From Squalus acanthias (lineage: Eukaryota): a DNA stretch of 64,000 nt. The translations under genes and the position numbers were made by a program. The stretch is from assembly GCA_030390025.1 (NCBI GenBank), contig CM059438.1:63800001-63864000 (forward strand). Direction: 5' to 3'. The number at the start of each line of letters is the position of its first letter. Position 1 is the stretch's first letter. This document shows, piece by piece, positions 50,457-62,242 of this stretch. The notes under the pieces are model-generated. The model did no database searches and was not told the origin of the DNA. It worked only from the letters and a program-made list of their open reading frames with translations.

Positions 50457-51179
50457 GGCCCAGAAATTGATCTCGCTCTGTTCCCGCGGGGGTAAGGCTT
50501 CCCCGCGATCTCTCACTCCGCTTGTGCTTTTTCAGATCCAGCTCGCACGAACTTGATGTTCCAGACATCAGCTGGGCAGTGCTTGCGTATCCCACCGGCC
50601 AGTGAATTCGTGCGAGCTGTGGGATCACGTGACTCAGTTAGAGCCAATGGCAGCACACCATCTTCCATTCATAAGTTTCACCTCCGTGCTGTGAAATCTA
50701 TGAATCTTACATCCCCCCAAAATAACAGCTAAACCTCAATTAAATTAAAAAAAAAACCATCACATTAATAAAATAAGTATAGTTAAATAAATTAACCATT
50801 TTAAATAAAAAATTAAATTTTTGAAAAAATTTAAAATCTTTTAAAAAGTTATAAAAATAAACTTACCTGTCTTTAAAGTCTCTAAAAAAGATATACCTGT
50901 TAAAAAAAATTCAAAAAAATACTTAATTCACGACTTACCTTGTTAAAAGTGGGTCTTACTCCTCCTTTTTCCATTTCTAAAATCTTCCGTACTTACCTGC
51001 GCGTCCAAAGCATGAAGTGCACAGCGTGCGCGCAGCCTGTAGCGCGCACGCGATGCACCGAGGAACCGCCCCCTTTTCAAAAGACCAAGTGCCGGTTTTC
51101 AGCGCATGCGCAGGGCATGCAGAAAACCGGCAATTGGAGAGAGTGCGTACTCTCGCGTCGCGGGATGAATTTTTGGCCC
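50457..51179. mobile_element. Harbinger-type MITE (723 bp), structured family copy C, nested in Tx1 ORF1
   Basis: TIR GGCCCAGAAATT / AATTTTTGGCCC; TSD TAT; homologous to 27461-28212. Confidence 0.9.
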
Positions 51180-51321
51180 TATGTATCTGACAGGGAGCAG
51201 GATTACGTATCTGACGGGGAGCAGGAACAGGAGGTTACAGAAGAGCTCAACAGTGAGGAATCCAAGGGGGGCAGAGACATGGAAGTGGGGGGTGGTGTGG
51301 CATCATGTGGAAAGGGAAAGG

Positions 51322-51712
51322 GAAACTTATAAAATTCTAACAGGACTAGACAGACTAGATGCAGGAAGGATGTTCCCGATGGTGGGGGAGTCCAGAACCA
51401 GGGGTCACAGTCTAAGGATAAGGGGTAAGCCATTTAGGACTGAGATGAGGAGGAATTTCTTCACCCAGAGAGTGGTGAACCTGTGGAATTCTCTACCACA
51501 GAAGGCAGTTGAGGCCAATTCATTAAATATATTCAAGAAGGAGTTAGATATATTTCTTAAGGCTAAAGGGATCAAGGGATATGGGGAGAAAGCAGGGACA
51601 GGGTACTGAATTTGGATGATCAGCCATGATCTCATTAAATGGCGGAGCAGGCTCGAGGGGCCGAATGGCCTACTCCTGCTCCTATCTTCTATGTTTCTAT
51701 GTATGTTTCTAT
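51322..51712 (+). mobile_element. CR1 3' fragment nested in Tx1 ORF1
   Basis: ETYKILTGLDRLDAGRMFP...; (GTTTCTAT)n tail; flanked by a GAAAGG duplication. Confidence 0.93.
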
Positions 51713-51906
51713 GAAAGGTTAGTGAGGGGCAGAAGGAGGGAAAAGGGGCAGATCCTCGGTCCAAACCTAATGTAAGGAAGAGGCTGAAACAGCAGGAAAG
51801 GTTCAAACAGGAGATGAAAAAAAGCTGGAGGCTGCAGGAAAAAGCAAGAGGTGCCCGAAAAGTTGGGAAGGAGCATGAGAGGAGGGAAGGGCCAGAGATT
51901 AAATGA

Positions 51907-54900
51907 TGGGGAGATTATCAGGCTTACTTCCCTTATTCGGAGCCATTGGTCTCGATTAATGTGAACGGACTGAGGGAGAAGGGGAGATTTTTACGGCTTA
52001 GGGTAAAAATGGAGGAATTTAATTGCGATCTCTTTAATATCTATGCACCGAACGACCATTGCAAGCGTCGCGAGTATTTCCGGTGGTTATTCACTGAAGT
52101 GGCAGAGGTGGAAAACCCTTGTATAGTGGGGGATTTTAATGTATTTTTATCTCGGATGAACATTTCAGCCCAGATGACCTTTAAGGATAATAACTCCAGA
52201 GGGATGATTGTAAAAATGATGACAAATTTAAATTTGAGAGACTTTTGGAGGGATCGGAACCCCATAAAAAGGGATTTCTCCAGAACAGGTTGGGTGGGTG
52301 ATGTTTTAAAACAGAGCCAAATAGATTTTGTGTTAATGCGGGAAGGGTTAAGTTCTGAGGTGATAGAGATTTATTACAAAAAAGTATTTTTTTAGTGACC
52401 ACTCAGCTTTGACTCTTAGAATTAGGAACAGCAGAGTTAAGATTGGTTCAGGGGTGTGGATTTTAAACAATCAATACCTGAAAGAAATTGCTTATAAAGA
52501 AGGGATTTTAAATATAATAAAGAATGCTCGGAAGGAACCTTTGTTCTTGAAAGAAAGAAGAGTTTGGTGGGACAATTTCAAATATGAGGTAAAAGTTTTT
52601 TCGGTACGTTATGGGAAAGAGAGAACGGCAGCTAACTGGCTTCGAGAAGAGAATATAAACAAAAGGTTTACGGATGTCTGTAAAGCAGTTGATGGAGGGG
52701 ATAAGGGAGCTGAGACTAAGTTCTGGGTTTTAAAGGAAGAGTGGGAATTATTGCAAGCTGAAAAATGCAATATGAAAAATTCTCCGTGCAAAGGCTAAAG
52801 ATGCATTGGAGGGCGAAAGATGCACTAGATATTTTCTAGAGCAAGAGAAGCTGCGACAGAGATTATCATTAATTGGAGAGTTGAATGTTGGGGAGAAGAT
52901 CATTAATGAAAGTGGGGAGATTTTAGAGGTGGCTAGCAGCTTTTATCAAGAGTTATATACAAAAGAAGACATTTCCAATTTGGCGATGGAGAAGGTTAGT
53001 GCTTTTATTGAAGAGGGTTTGAAGGAGGATGAGAGAAGCATGTGTGACAAAGAAGTAGGATTAGCGGAAATAAAAGTAGCAATAAGTGGAATGAAGGGGG
53101 GGAAAAGCCCAGGGTCCGATGGACTAAGTGCAGAATTTTATAAAGAATTTTTTGAGATTTTAAGTCCATTGCTCTTAGAGGTTTTTAAGGAGATTAAAAT
53201 TGAGGGAAGCCAGGCCCCATCGATGAGGAGAGGTGTCATAAGCTTAGCTTATAAAAATAAAGGGGATAGAAGGGATCTGAAGAATTGGAGGTCCATCACA
53301 TTATTAAATGTGGATTATAAGATCTTGGCGAGGGTTATGGCAAATCGTATGAAGGAGGTGATGCCTCAGATAGTTTTGCCCTCTCAGTCCTATGGAGTCA
53401 TAGGCCGGGACATCGCAGACTCTGTAGTCTCAATCCGAGATGCGTGAGAGCTCATGGAAGAGAGTGGGAGGAAGGCTTATGTATTAAAGATAGATCAAGA
53501 GAAAGCCTTTGATAGGGTCTCATGAGTTTTTATTGATGGTTTTGGAAGCATTTGGTTTTGGGGAAAATTTCATTGAGTGGATAAGGATTTTTTATTCAAA
53601 CATATTTAACTGTGTTAAATGTAATGGTTTTTTATCCAAGTATTTTCCGATACAGAGGTCAGTGAGACAGGGTTGTCCCCTGTCCCCATTGTTGTACACT
53701 TTGGTAGCAGAACCATTAGGTTACATGATGCGAAAGGAACAAGGTGTAGTTGGGATTGCGGTTCCCAGTTCTGAGCTGGTGTCGATGATACACCAATATG
53801 CAGATGACACAACCTTAACATTGAGAAATGGGGAGTCAGTGAGGAAAGCTATGGATGTAGTGGAGGAGTATTGTAGAGCTTCAGGAGCCAGAGTGAATTA
53901 TAGTAAGTCCCAATGCCTGGTTGCAGGAAGGGGTAGGGGGGAATGGTTGGAGGAAAGTCCCTTTAAGGTGGTGGAGGTTTTGGAAGTTCTGGGGGTGCCT
54001 ATGGGGTGCAAAAAAGACAGGGATGAAGTGGATTGATTGAATTGGGAACCAAAGGTTATGAAAATTTAAAAGATTTTGGGAAGATGGGAAAGAAGGTGGT
54101 TGAAAGTGCAAGGAAGAGTGACAGTGGTGTCCGCTCTCCTGCTGTCTAAGCTATGGTACTTATTGACGGTGGAGGATATTCCTGAGTGGGCGGAAAAGTC
54201 CATCCGAGAGGCTTGTGTGAGGTTTTTATGGGAAGGGAAACCAGCCTTGGTTGCTTACAATACCATCATTGGACCGAGAAAGCAGGGGGGACTCAATTTC
54301 CCAGATATTGATTTGAAGAAAAAATCCTTCAGAATCAAATGGGTGAAGAGATTTCTTCAGAAGTCAAATACAAGTTTTTGGAAGAGTTGTTTTGAGCATT
54401 TTTTAAAACGAAGTGGGATAGGAGGGCAGGGGATATTGTATATGGAATACAATAATATGTTTTTGAAATCGATTAAACCTCTCCGTAAGTTTTATAAGGG
54501 GGTTGTAGAGACTTGGGCCCAATTTTTTAAAAGTGCGCAGTTTATGCCCAAGGGTGCTTAGGAATTTTTAGAACAACCCTTATTTTTGAACAGGTGGGTC
54601 AACATCGAAGGAGAGGTATTATTTAATTAAGCTTTTATAAAAGCTGGTATTATATGTGGGAAGATGTATTATACGAGGTAATTCCAGATTGGTTGCCGGA
54701 AGCGGTAGTGAGGGATATGGTTTGGGAGGAGGATCAGGAGGTAGAGGAAAAGCAATTATGATCATGTATGAGAAGATTGTGAGGGCAATGCCACAGGATT
54801 GGATGGAAGAAATAAATGCAGAAATCTCCAAAGGAAGTAAAATGCGTCCTGCTTTTCCAAGCTTTCTGCTGGAGAAAGGGGAAGAGTTGGTCCAATTTGA

Positions 54901-55120
54901 CAACTGTAATACTCGAGATTTCTATAGGGTATTTGGAGAATGGAGATTCAAGACACCTGCTGGTCAGGAGTTTTGGCAGAGTATATACCCACAGCTGGAC
55001 TATAACAGGATTTGGAAGGGAGTGTGGGCGAATTTTAAATGTCCAGTGTGAATTGAACTGGATTTCAAATTGGCTCATAACTGGATTTTTACCATGACGG
55101 TCTTATGTAAGATTGGGAAA
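51907..55120 (+). pseudogene. Tx1 ORF2 (apurinic-like endonuclease + reverse transcriptase), disrupted
   Basis: SINVNGL, NIYAPN, VGDFN, IDF, SDH, KSPGSDG, KNWRSITLLNVDYKILA, RQGCPLSPLL, QYADD and GGLNFPD motifs, with several stops and frameshifts. Confidence 0.92.
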
Positions 55121-55300
55121 TTTTTAAGTACAATCGATTAATATATGATACGGGAGACAAATTAAACTTTAGGTTTTGATGTTAATATTTGGTGGAGGAA
55201 TGGCTGTGCAGAGTGGCGGAATGGATTTGAATGATACAATGGAATGATTACGATGTTGTAAATATTCTTAAGGTTCAATAAATAATATAATTTTTTAAAA

Positions 55301-55765
55301 AGTTGGTAGCACACTCGCCTCTGAGTCAAAAGGTTGTGGGTTCAAGTCCCACTCCAGGGATTTGAGCACATAAAGCTAGGCCGACACTCCAGTGCAGTGC
55401 TGAGAGAATGCTGCACTGTCGGAGGTGCCGTCTTTCAGATGAGACGTTAAACTGAGGCCCCGTCTGTTCTCTCAGGTGGACGTAAAAGATCCCATGGCAC
55501 TATTTTGAAGAAGAGCAGGGGAGTTATCCCCGGTGTCCTGGCCAATGTTTATCCCTCAATCAACATAACAAAAACAGATTATCTGGTCATTATCACATTG
55601 CTGTTAGTGGGAGCTTGCTGTGCACAAATTGGCTGCCGCGTTTCCTACATTACAACAGTGACTCCACTTAAAAAAAAAAAGTGTTAATTGGCTGTAAAGA
55701 GCTTTGAGACGTCCGGTGCTCGTGAAAGGCGCTGTATAAATGCAAGTCTTTCTTTTTTTTCTTTC
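55301..55765 (+). mobile_element. Deu-domain SINE, body and tail (its 5' tip is at 48942-48973)
   Basis: Continues the SINE head sequence interrupted by the Tx1 element. Confidence 0.88.
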
Positions 55766-56884
55766 TTTAATCGCATTTAAAAGGGAAGTGGAGAAGGATT
55801 TGGAAAAATTAAAATTTAAAAGGGTATGGGAAAGGGCAGGGGAATAGAACTAAGTAGATTGCCAGATTGGCCTTTCAGAGAGCCAGCACAGGCCTGATGG
55901 ACCTCAAAGATAGTAATCTCTGGATTACTCTCGGTGCTACGCGTGAGTGAGTATAGGAATAGGAGGATAGAGCAGATGAATGCGTGGCTGGAGAGATGGT
56001 GCAGGAGGGAGTGCTTCAGATTCCTGGGGCATTGGGGCCAGTTCTGGGGGAGGTGGGACCTGTACAGGCCGGACGGGTTGCACCTCAACAGAGCCGGTAC
56101 CAATATTTTCGTGGGGAGGTTTGCTAGTGCTGTTGGGGAGGGTTTAAACTAAGTTGGCAGGGGGATGGGCACCAGGATGTAGCATTAGAAAGGAGAAACA
56201 AAGGGATTGGGAGAGACGGATAGCACTAAAGTAATAAATAGTAAGGTATTAGGTGGGGTCAGACTAAGAGAGAACACATGATGGTCTAAGATAGGTTTAC
56301 AGTGTATGTATGTGAACGCACGAGGCATAGTAAGCAAGGTTGGTGAGCTGCAGGCACAAATAGCCATGTGGGAATATGATGTCGTGGCAATAACTGAGAC
56401 CTGACTCAAAAAAGGGCAGGATTGGGTATTAAATATTCCTGGATATAAGGTGTTCAGGAAAGATAGGGAAGGAAAGAAAGGAGGTGGGCTGGCAGTATTG
56501 GTTAAGGAGAATGTTACAGTGCTGGAGAGAGAGGATGTCCTGGAGGGGTCAAGGACAGAATCTATATGGCTAAAGTTAAGAAATAATAGAGGTGCCATTA
56601 CACTACTAGGTGTATTCTATAGGCCACCAACTAATGGGAAAAATATGGAGGAGCAAATTTGCAGAGAAATTACAGAGAGATGCAATAACTATAGAGTAGC
56701 GATAATGGGGGACTTCAACTATCCCAATATAGTCCGGGATAGTAATAGTATAAAGGGCAGAGAGAGGGAAGAATTTCTGAAGTGCGTTCAGGAGAATTTT
56801 CTGGATCAGTACATTTCCAGCCCAATGAGGAATGAGGTAAGTCAAGTGGAGCAAGGGTCAGTAGGTGAACATTTAGGGAACATA

Positions 56885-57352
56885 AAAGAAAAGAAAGAAA
56901 GACTTGCATTTATATAGTGCCTTTCACGTCCACCGGACGTCTCAAACCGCTTTACAGCCAATGAAGTACTTTTGAAGTGGAGTCACTGTTGTAAAGTGGG
57001 AAACGCGGCAGCCAATATGCACACAGCAAGCTCCCAGAAACAGCAATGTGATAATGACCAGATAATCTGTTTTCGTTATGTTGGTTGAGAGATAAATATT
57101 GGCCAGGACACCAGGGATAACTCCCCTGCTCTTCTTTAAAATAGTGCCATGGGATCTTTTACGTCCACCTGAGAGAGCAGACAGAGCCTCAGTTTAATGT
57201 CGTATCCGAAAGACGGCACCTCCGACAGTGCAGCACTCCTTCAGCACTGCAGTGTCAACCAAGCATTATGTGCTCAAGTCCCTGGAGTGGGACTTGAACC
57301 CACAACCTTCTGACTCAGGCAGGTGTGCTACCAACTGAGCCACAGCTGACAA
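56885..57352 (-). mobile_element. Full-length Deu-domain SINE nested in the CR1 endonuclease region
   Basis: Reverse complement of the 36231-36698 type. Confidence 0.88.
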
Positions 57353-58991
57353 CTATCATAAGGTTTAGAAAAGGACAGGGAGCAATCTAGAGTAAAGATA
57401 CTTAATTGAAGGAAGGCCAATTTTGGTGGGATGAGAACGGATCTGTCCCGGGTAAATTGGAATCAAAGATTGGCAGGCAAAATTGTAATGGAACAATGGG
57501 CTGCCTTTAAAGAGGAAATAGTTCGGGTACAGTTGAGGTACATTCCCACTAGGGGGAAAGGTAGGGCAATGAAAGTCAGAGCTCCCTGGATGACGAAAGA
57601 GATAGCGAGTAAGATGAAGCAGAAAAAGAGCGCGTATGACAGATGTCAGATCAAGAATACTTCTGATAATCAGGCTAAATATAAAAAGTTCATAGGAGAA
57701 GTGAAAAATAAAATAAGAGTGGCAAAGAGAGGGTATGAGAATAGAATGGCAGCTAACATAAAAGGTAATCCAAAAGTCTTCGATAGGCATATAAATAGTA
57801 AACGGGTAGTAAGAGGAGGGGTGGAGCCGATTAGGAACCTAAAAAGGAGACCTACGCATGGAGACAGAGGGTATGACTGAGGTACTAAATGAATAGCTTG
57901 CATCTGTCTTCACCAAGGAAGAAGATGCTGCCATAGACATAGTGAAGGAGGAGGTAGCGGAGATACTGGATGGGATAAAAATTGATAAAGAGGAGGTACT
58001 GGAAAGGCTGGTTGTACTTAAAGTAGACAAGCCACCAGGACCAGATGGGATGCATCCTAGGACGTTGAGGGAAGAGAAGGAAGAAATTGCGGAGGTACTG
58101 GCCATAATCTTCCAATCCTCTTTAGATACAGGGCTGGTGCCAAAGGACTGGAGAATTGCAAATGTTACACCCTTGTTTAAAAAAGGGTGTAAAGATAAAC
58201 CCAGAAACCACAGGCCAGTCAGTTTAACCTCGGTAATGGGGAAGCTTTTAGATTCAATAATTAGGGACAAAATTAACAGTCACTTGGACAAGTGTGGATT
58301 AATTAAGGAAAGCCAGCATGGATTTGTTAAAGGCAAATTGTGTTTAACCAACTTGATCGAGCTTTTTGATGAGGTAACAGAGAGGGTTGATGAGGGCAAT
58401 GCGGTTGACGTGGTGTACATGGATTTCCAAAAGGCGTTCGACAAAGTGCCACATAATAGGCCCAGCAAAGTTGAAGCCCATGGAATAAAAGGGACAGTGG
58501 CAGCATGGATACAAAATTGGCTAAGTGACAGGAAACAGAGAGTAGTTGTGAACGGTTGTTTTTCGGACTGAAGAAAGGTACACAGTGGTGTTCCCCAGGG
58601 GTCGGTACTAGGACCATTGCTTTTCTTGATATATATTAATGGCTTCGACTTGGGTGTACAGGGCATAATTTCAAAATTTGCAGATGACACAAAACTTGGA
58701 AGTATAATGAATAGTGAGGAGGATAGTGATAGACTTCAAGAAGACATAGACAGGCTGGTGGAATGGGCGGACATGTGGCAGATGAAAGTTAACGCAGAAA
58801 AGTACGAAGTGATACATTTTGGTAGAAAGAATGAGGACTGGAAATATAAACTAAAGGGTATAATCCTAAAGAGGGTGCATGAACAGAGAGACCTACGGGT
58901 ATATGTGCACAAATCGTTGAAGGTGGCAGGGCAGGTTGAGAAAGCAGTTAAAAAAGCTTATGGGATCCTGGGCTTCATGAATAGAGGCATA

Positions 58992-59440
58992 GGGCTGGAT
59001 TTTCATAGGGCCGTGGAGGCGGGTTTGGAGGTGTGTGGGGGGTTAAAATTGCGAAAAGTGGCGGGCGGACCTGATCCCGCCTCCATGCAATTTTGATAAA
59101 ATCGTGTGCGGTGTCCCCGACTCCGTCCCGCCTCCAAGAGGCGGGAAAGGCCATTAAAGCCCTTAACAAGCCTTAAATTGGCTCTGTAATGCCATTTTGA
59201 AATGTTTTAGCTAGTTTAACCCTTTTCCCACGTGAAGCACGCCTGATGTGAAACACGCCAGTGAAACCTGGCGGGAGCACAAGTGGATAGCTGACTATCA
59301 GTTGCAGGTCCACTATTACAATGGCGATGTGATGAAGGTAGTAGTAGTATTAGGTCTGAAAGTCGCCTCTGATGCTGCTGCATTGAATGTCTTCAGAGAC
59401 TGCCTGGCCTTTGCTGTGAGAGGACCTGGCTGCAAAAAAA

Positions 59441-59475
<35 letters not shown>

Positions 59476-59739
59476 CTGCTGCCCATTTTGCATCCAGGTC
59501 CACTCACAGCAAAGGCCAGGCAGTCTCTGAAGACCTTCAATGCAGCAGCAATGATGACATCATCAGAGGCGACTTTCAGACTGAAACCACTAATTGGTTC
59601 ATGGGTTCCCACATGCTGGAACTCAATTGCCCAATTAGCTGAAAATTGCATCAATCTCCCACATCCAATTGCAGTCGGGTGGATAACACGAAATGCGGAT
59701 GACACGACCCCAGCCCGCTCTAGTATCAAAATCCAGCCC
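58992..59739. mobile_element. Harbinger-type MITE (748 bp) nested in CR1, containing a long fold-back
   Basis: Perfect TIR GGGCTGGATTTT/AAAATCCAGCCC with flanks ATA/ATG. Its removal restores the CR1 sequence NRGIEYKS. Confidence 0.88.
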
Positions 59740-61062
59740 ATGGAGTACAAAAGCGTGGAAATTATGATGAAACTGTAAAAACACTGGTTTGGCCTCAACT
59801 GGAGTAATGTGTCCAATTCTGGGCACCGCACTTTAGGAAGGATGTGAAGGCCTTAGATAGGGTGCAGAAAGATTTATGAGAATGATTTCAGGAATGAGGG
59901 ACTTCAGTTACGTGGATAGACTGGAGAAGCTGGGGTTGTTCTCCTTAGAGCAGAGAAGAGTGAGAGGAGATTTGATAGAGGTGTTCAAGATCATGAACAA
60001 AGTAGATAGAGAGAAACTGTTCCCATTGGCAGAGGGGTCGAGAACCAGAGGACACAGATTGGCAGAAGAACGAAAGGCGACATGAGGAAAACTTTTTTAC
60101 GCAGCGAGTGGTTAGGATCTGCAATGCACTGCCTGAAAGGATGGTGGATATGGACTCAATCACGGCTTTCAAATGGGAATTGGATAAGTAGCTGAAGGAA
60201 AAAGAATTGCAGGCCTACGGGGAAAGGGCGGGGGAATGGAACTAGCTGAAGTGCTCTTGCAGAGAGCCGGCACGGGCTCGACGGGCCGAATGGCCACCTT
60301 TTGTGCTGTAAGCATTCTATGATTCTTTGATGAGTGGCCTTCTGTGTTGTAAAATTGCATGCGAAAGTGAGGCAATTGTAATCAGTGGGCACGTGGCATT
60401 CATTTCTAAAATGGTTGAAGTACAGGTAGTTTGCATATTTTCTCCATTAGATGGTGCAATGGTTACAGTATACACCTGTCAGCGTGCAGTTAATATAAAG
60501 CACTGCTGTAAGGATAGAAAGATTCATCGCTCTTGCTGTCACTTCCCTCTTTCATCCATTCATTCTACTCCAGCATTGTGATATTGTACGGGATCGAGCC
60601 CAAATAAACGGAGGGAAAAACAAGATAAAGAATCTGAAGGCAGCGCACCTAAACTCCTTGTCGCAATCTTACTTCTGCTATTGTAATGACGTTGCCTGAA
60701 TTCCTGGAGGCCACGGTCTATATTTATCTGCAGAGAGCTCTCGGTACAGCTGCTACATGCGGACATGAACTCATCAAAATGTCTTTTATATAATATTTTT
60801 TACACTGAGTGACTGTAGATGCAGGCAGATTCCAATCAAATGAATTGGTCAAAATATTTCGGTGGCACTGTTGTCAGACACTTTACAGAGCAGCGCAGAG
60901 TGGTGCAAAGTTATCTGCCACTTAAATTCTTGTCAATTTATGTGAACATTTAAAAGAAACCAGAAATAAATCCGTTATTGCCTGTGCTGCAGCAGATATG
61001 AAGCAAGGCGTCGCTCAAGCTTTCCCAGACAGCTAACATCCTCACACATAAGTTTTTTAAAA

Positions 61063-61408
61063 TTCGTTGTGGACGTCACTGGCAAGGCCAGCATTTATTG
61101 CCCATTCCTAATTGCCCTTGAGAAGGTGGTGGTGAGCCGCCTTCTTGAACCACTGCAGTCCCGTGTGGTGAAGGTACTCCCACAGTGCTGTTAGGGAGGG
61201 AGTTCCAGGATTTTGACCCAGCGACGATGAAGGATCGGCGATATACTTCCAAGTCAGGATGGTGTGTGACTTGGAGGGGAACTTGGAGGTGGTAGTGTTC
61301 CCATGCACCTGCTGCTCTTGTCTTTCTAGGTGGAAGAGGTCGCGGGTTCGGGAGGTGCTGCCGAAGAAGCCTTGGCGAGTTGCTGCAGTGCATCTTGTAG
61401 ACGGTACA
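61063..61408 (-). mobile_element. LINE (CR1/L2 group) 3' fragment
   Basis: YRRSFIVAGSKSWNSLP...FKKAAHHHLL resembles CR1-group ORF2 C-termini. Confidence 0.65.
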
Positions 61409-61659
61409 AGATTACAAGTTAAAATGCATTATCTGGAAACGGAGCCTGTACACAACCCGCTATCATGATATTGCCTTGTGACCTTTCAAAAACAAAAAAT
61501 GGGCCTGAGAACTTATGGGTTTCATCTTCCTGACAACTCAAGATATCCCTTTCCTATTGCTCCCTGTCGATAATTGTGTCTGACCTGCTGTTACATTCCT
61601 TAGTTGGATGACTGATCTAAGCAATTCTGTTGGCCCCCTCTCCTGCAGGTTTCTGAAGT

Positions 61660-61925
61660 GGCTCCTCAGTTCAGAACCTTTCATCTCTGAGACCGAGCTC
61701 TGAATTCAGCCAAGACTGATGAGATGAAAGTATTCTCTTCTTGGCTGTGTGGCATCCACATGAATGAGTTGGTGCAGTCTCAGTTAAGCTCCCAATGGTT
61801 AAGAACCTGAACATAACTTGACTATAATTCAGAACCAATTAGTGCTAACCCAGCAGCTTCAAGTGGCCATGAGCATGGCTTCTGTGGGAAGTGGAAGTCT
61901 CACTGGGAGGGTAGGGTTGAACACC
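61660..61925 (+). mobile_element. Ancient SINE, LF-SINE-like
   Basis: CCTTTCATCTCT...GAATTCAGCC...AATGAGTTGGTGCAGTCTCAG...GGGTTGA resembles my recollection of the LF-SINE consensus; not aligned. Confidence 0.4.
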
Positions 61926-61957
61926 ACTTCTGCAGCAGAATGGTGTTGTTAATTTAA

Positions 61958-62240
61958 AAGAAATAAAGACTTGCATTTATGTAGCACCTTTCACGACCAC
62001 CGGATGTCCCAAAGCGCTTCACAGTCAATGAAGTACTTTTTGAAGTACAGTCACTGTTGTGATGTAGGAAACCAGTGCTGCTTATTGACTTGGGAATGCT
62101 TGATGCTGATACTTTGGTGTCAGCCGTGGGTCATGGTCCGCATTCTTCCTTCTGGGTCAGAAGTTTGTGGATTCAAGTCCCACTCCAGAGACCTGAGCAC
62201 ATCATCTAGGTGGACACTTCAGTGCAGTACTGTCGGAGGA
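61958..62240. mobile_element. Two Deu-SINE fragments (tail on -, head on +)
   Basis: Tail at 61958-62072 (-); head at 62117-62240 (+), truncated at the LTR candidate. Confidence 0.75.
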
Positions 62241-62242
62241 GT

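Larger units (their letters stand above)
49155..51906 (+). pseudogene. Tx1 ORF1 (gag-like, zinc knuckles), interrupted by a MITE and a CR1
   Basis: VVVSFLNLPVNIEDDVLIKKL...TDGTCYVKVRF, then CYYCLGHNRLVRNC, CYNCGESGHIAWSC and CGVC...HC. One internal stop at 49773; the frame is restored when both inserts are removed. Confidence 0.85.
48974..55300 (+). mobile_element. Near full-length Tx1-clade (L1 group) non-LTR retrotransposon, decayed, with two nested insertions
   Basis: ORF1 with CCHC knuckles, ORF2 with APE and RT, AATAAA at about 55277 followed by an A/T tail. 16-bp TSD at 48958-48973 and 55301-55316 (14/16 identical). Confidence 0.92.
55900..60325 (+). mobile_element. Long CR1 LINE: ORF1 SGNH-esterase C-terminus plus decayed APE-RT ORF2, with nested SINE and MITE
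   Basis: ORF1 ...WDLYRPDGLHLNRAG; ORF2 YVNARG, VAITET, GVFYRPP, MGDFNYP, YMDFQKAFDKVPH, KFADD; ATTCTATG tail. Confidence 0.95.

Noticed and set aside
60330..61060. Candidate host exon after ...TTCTACTCCAG
   Set aside because: Frames close quickly, the peptides are unrecognisable and there is no clear donor.
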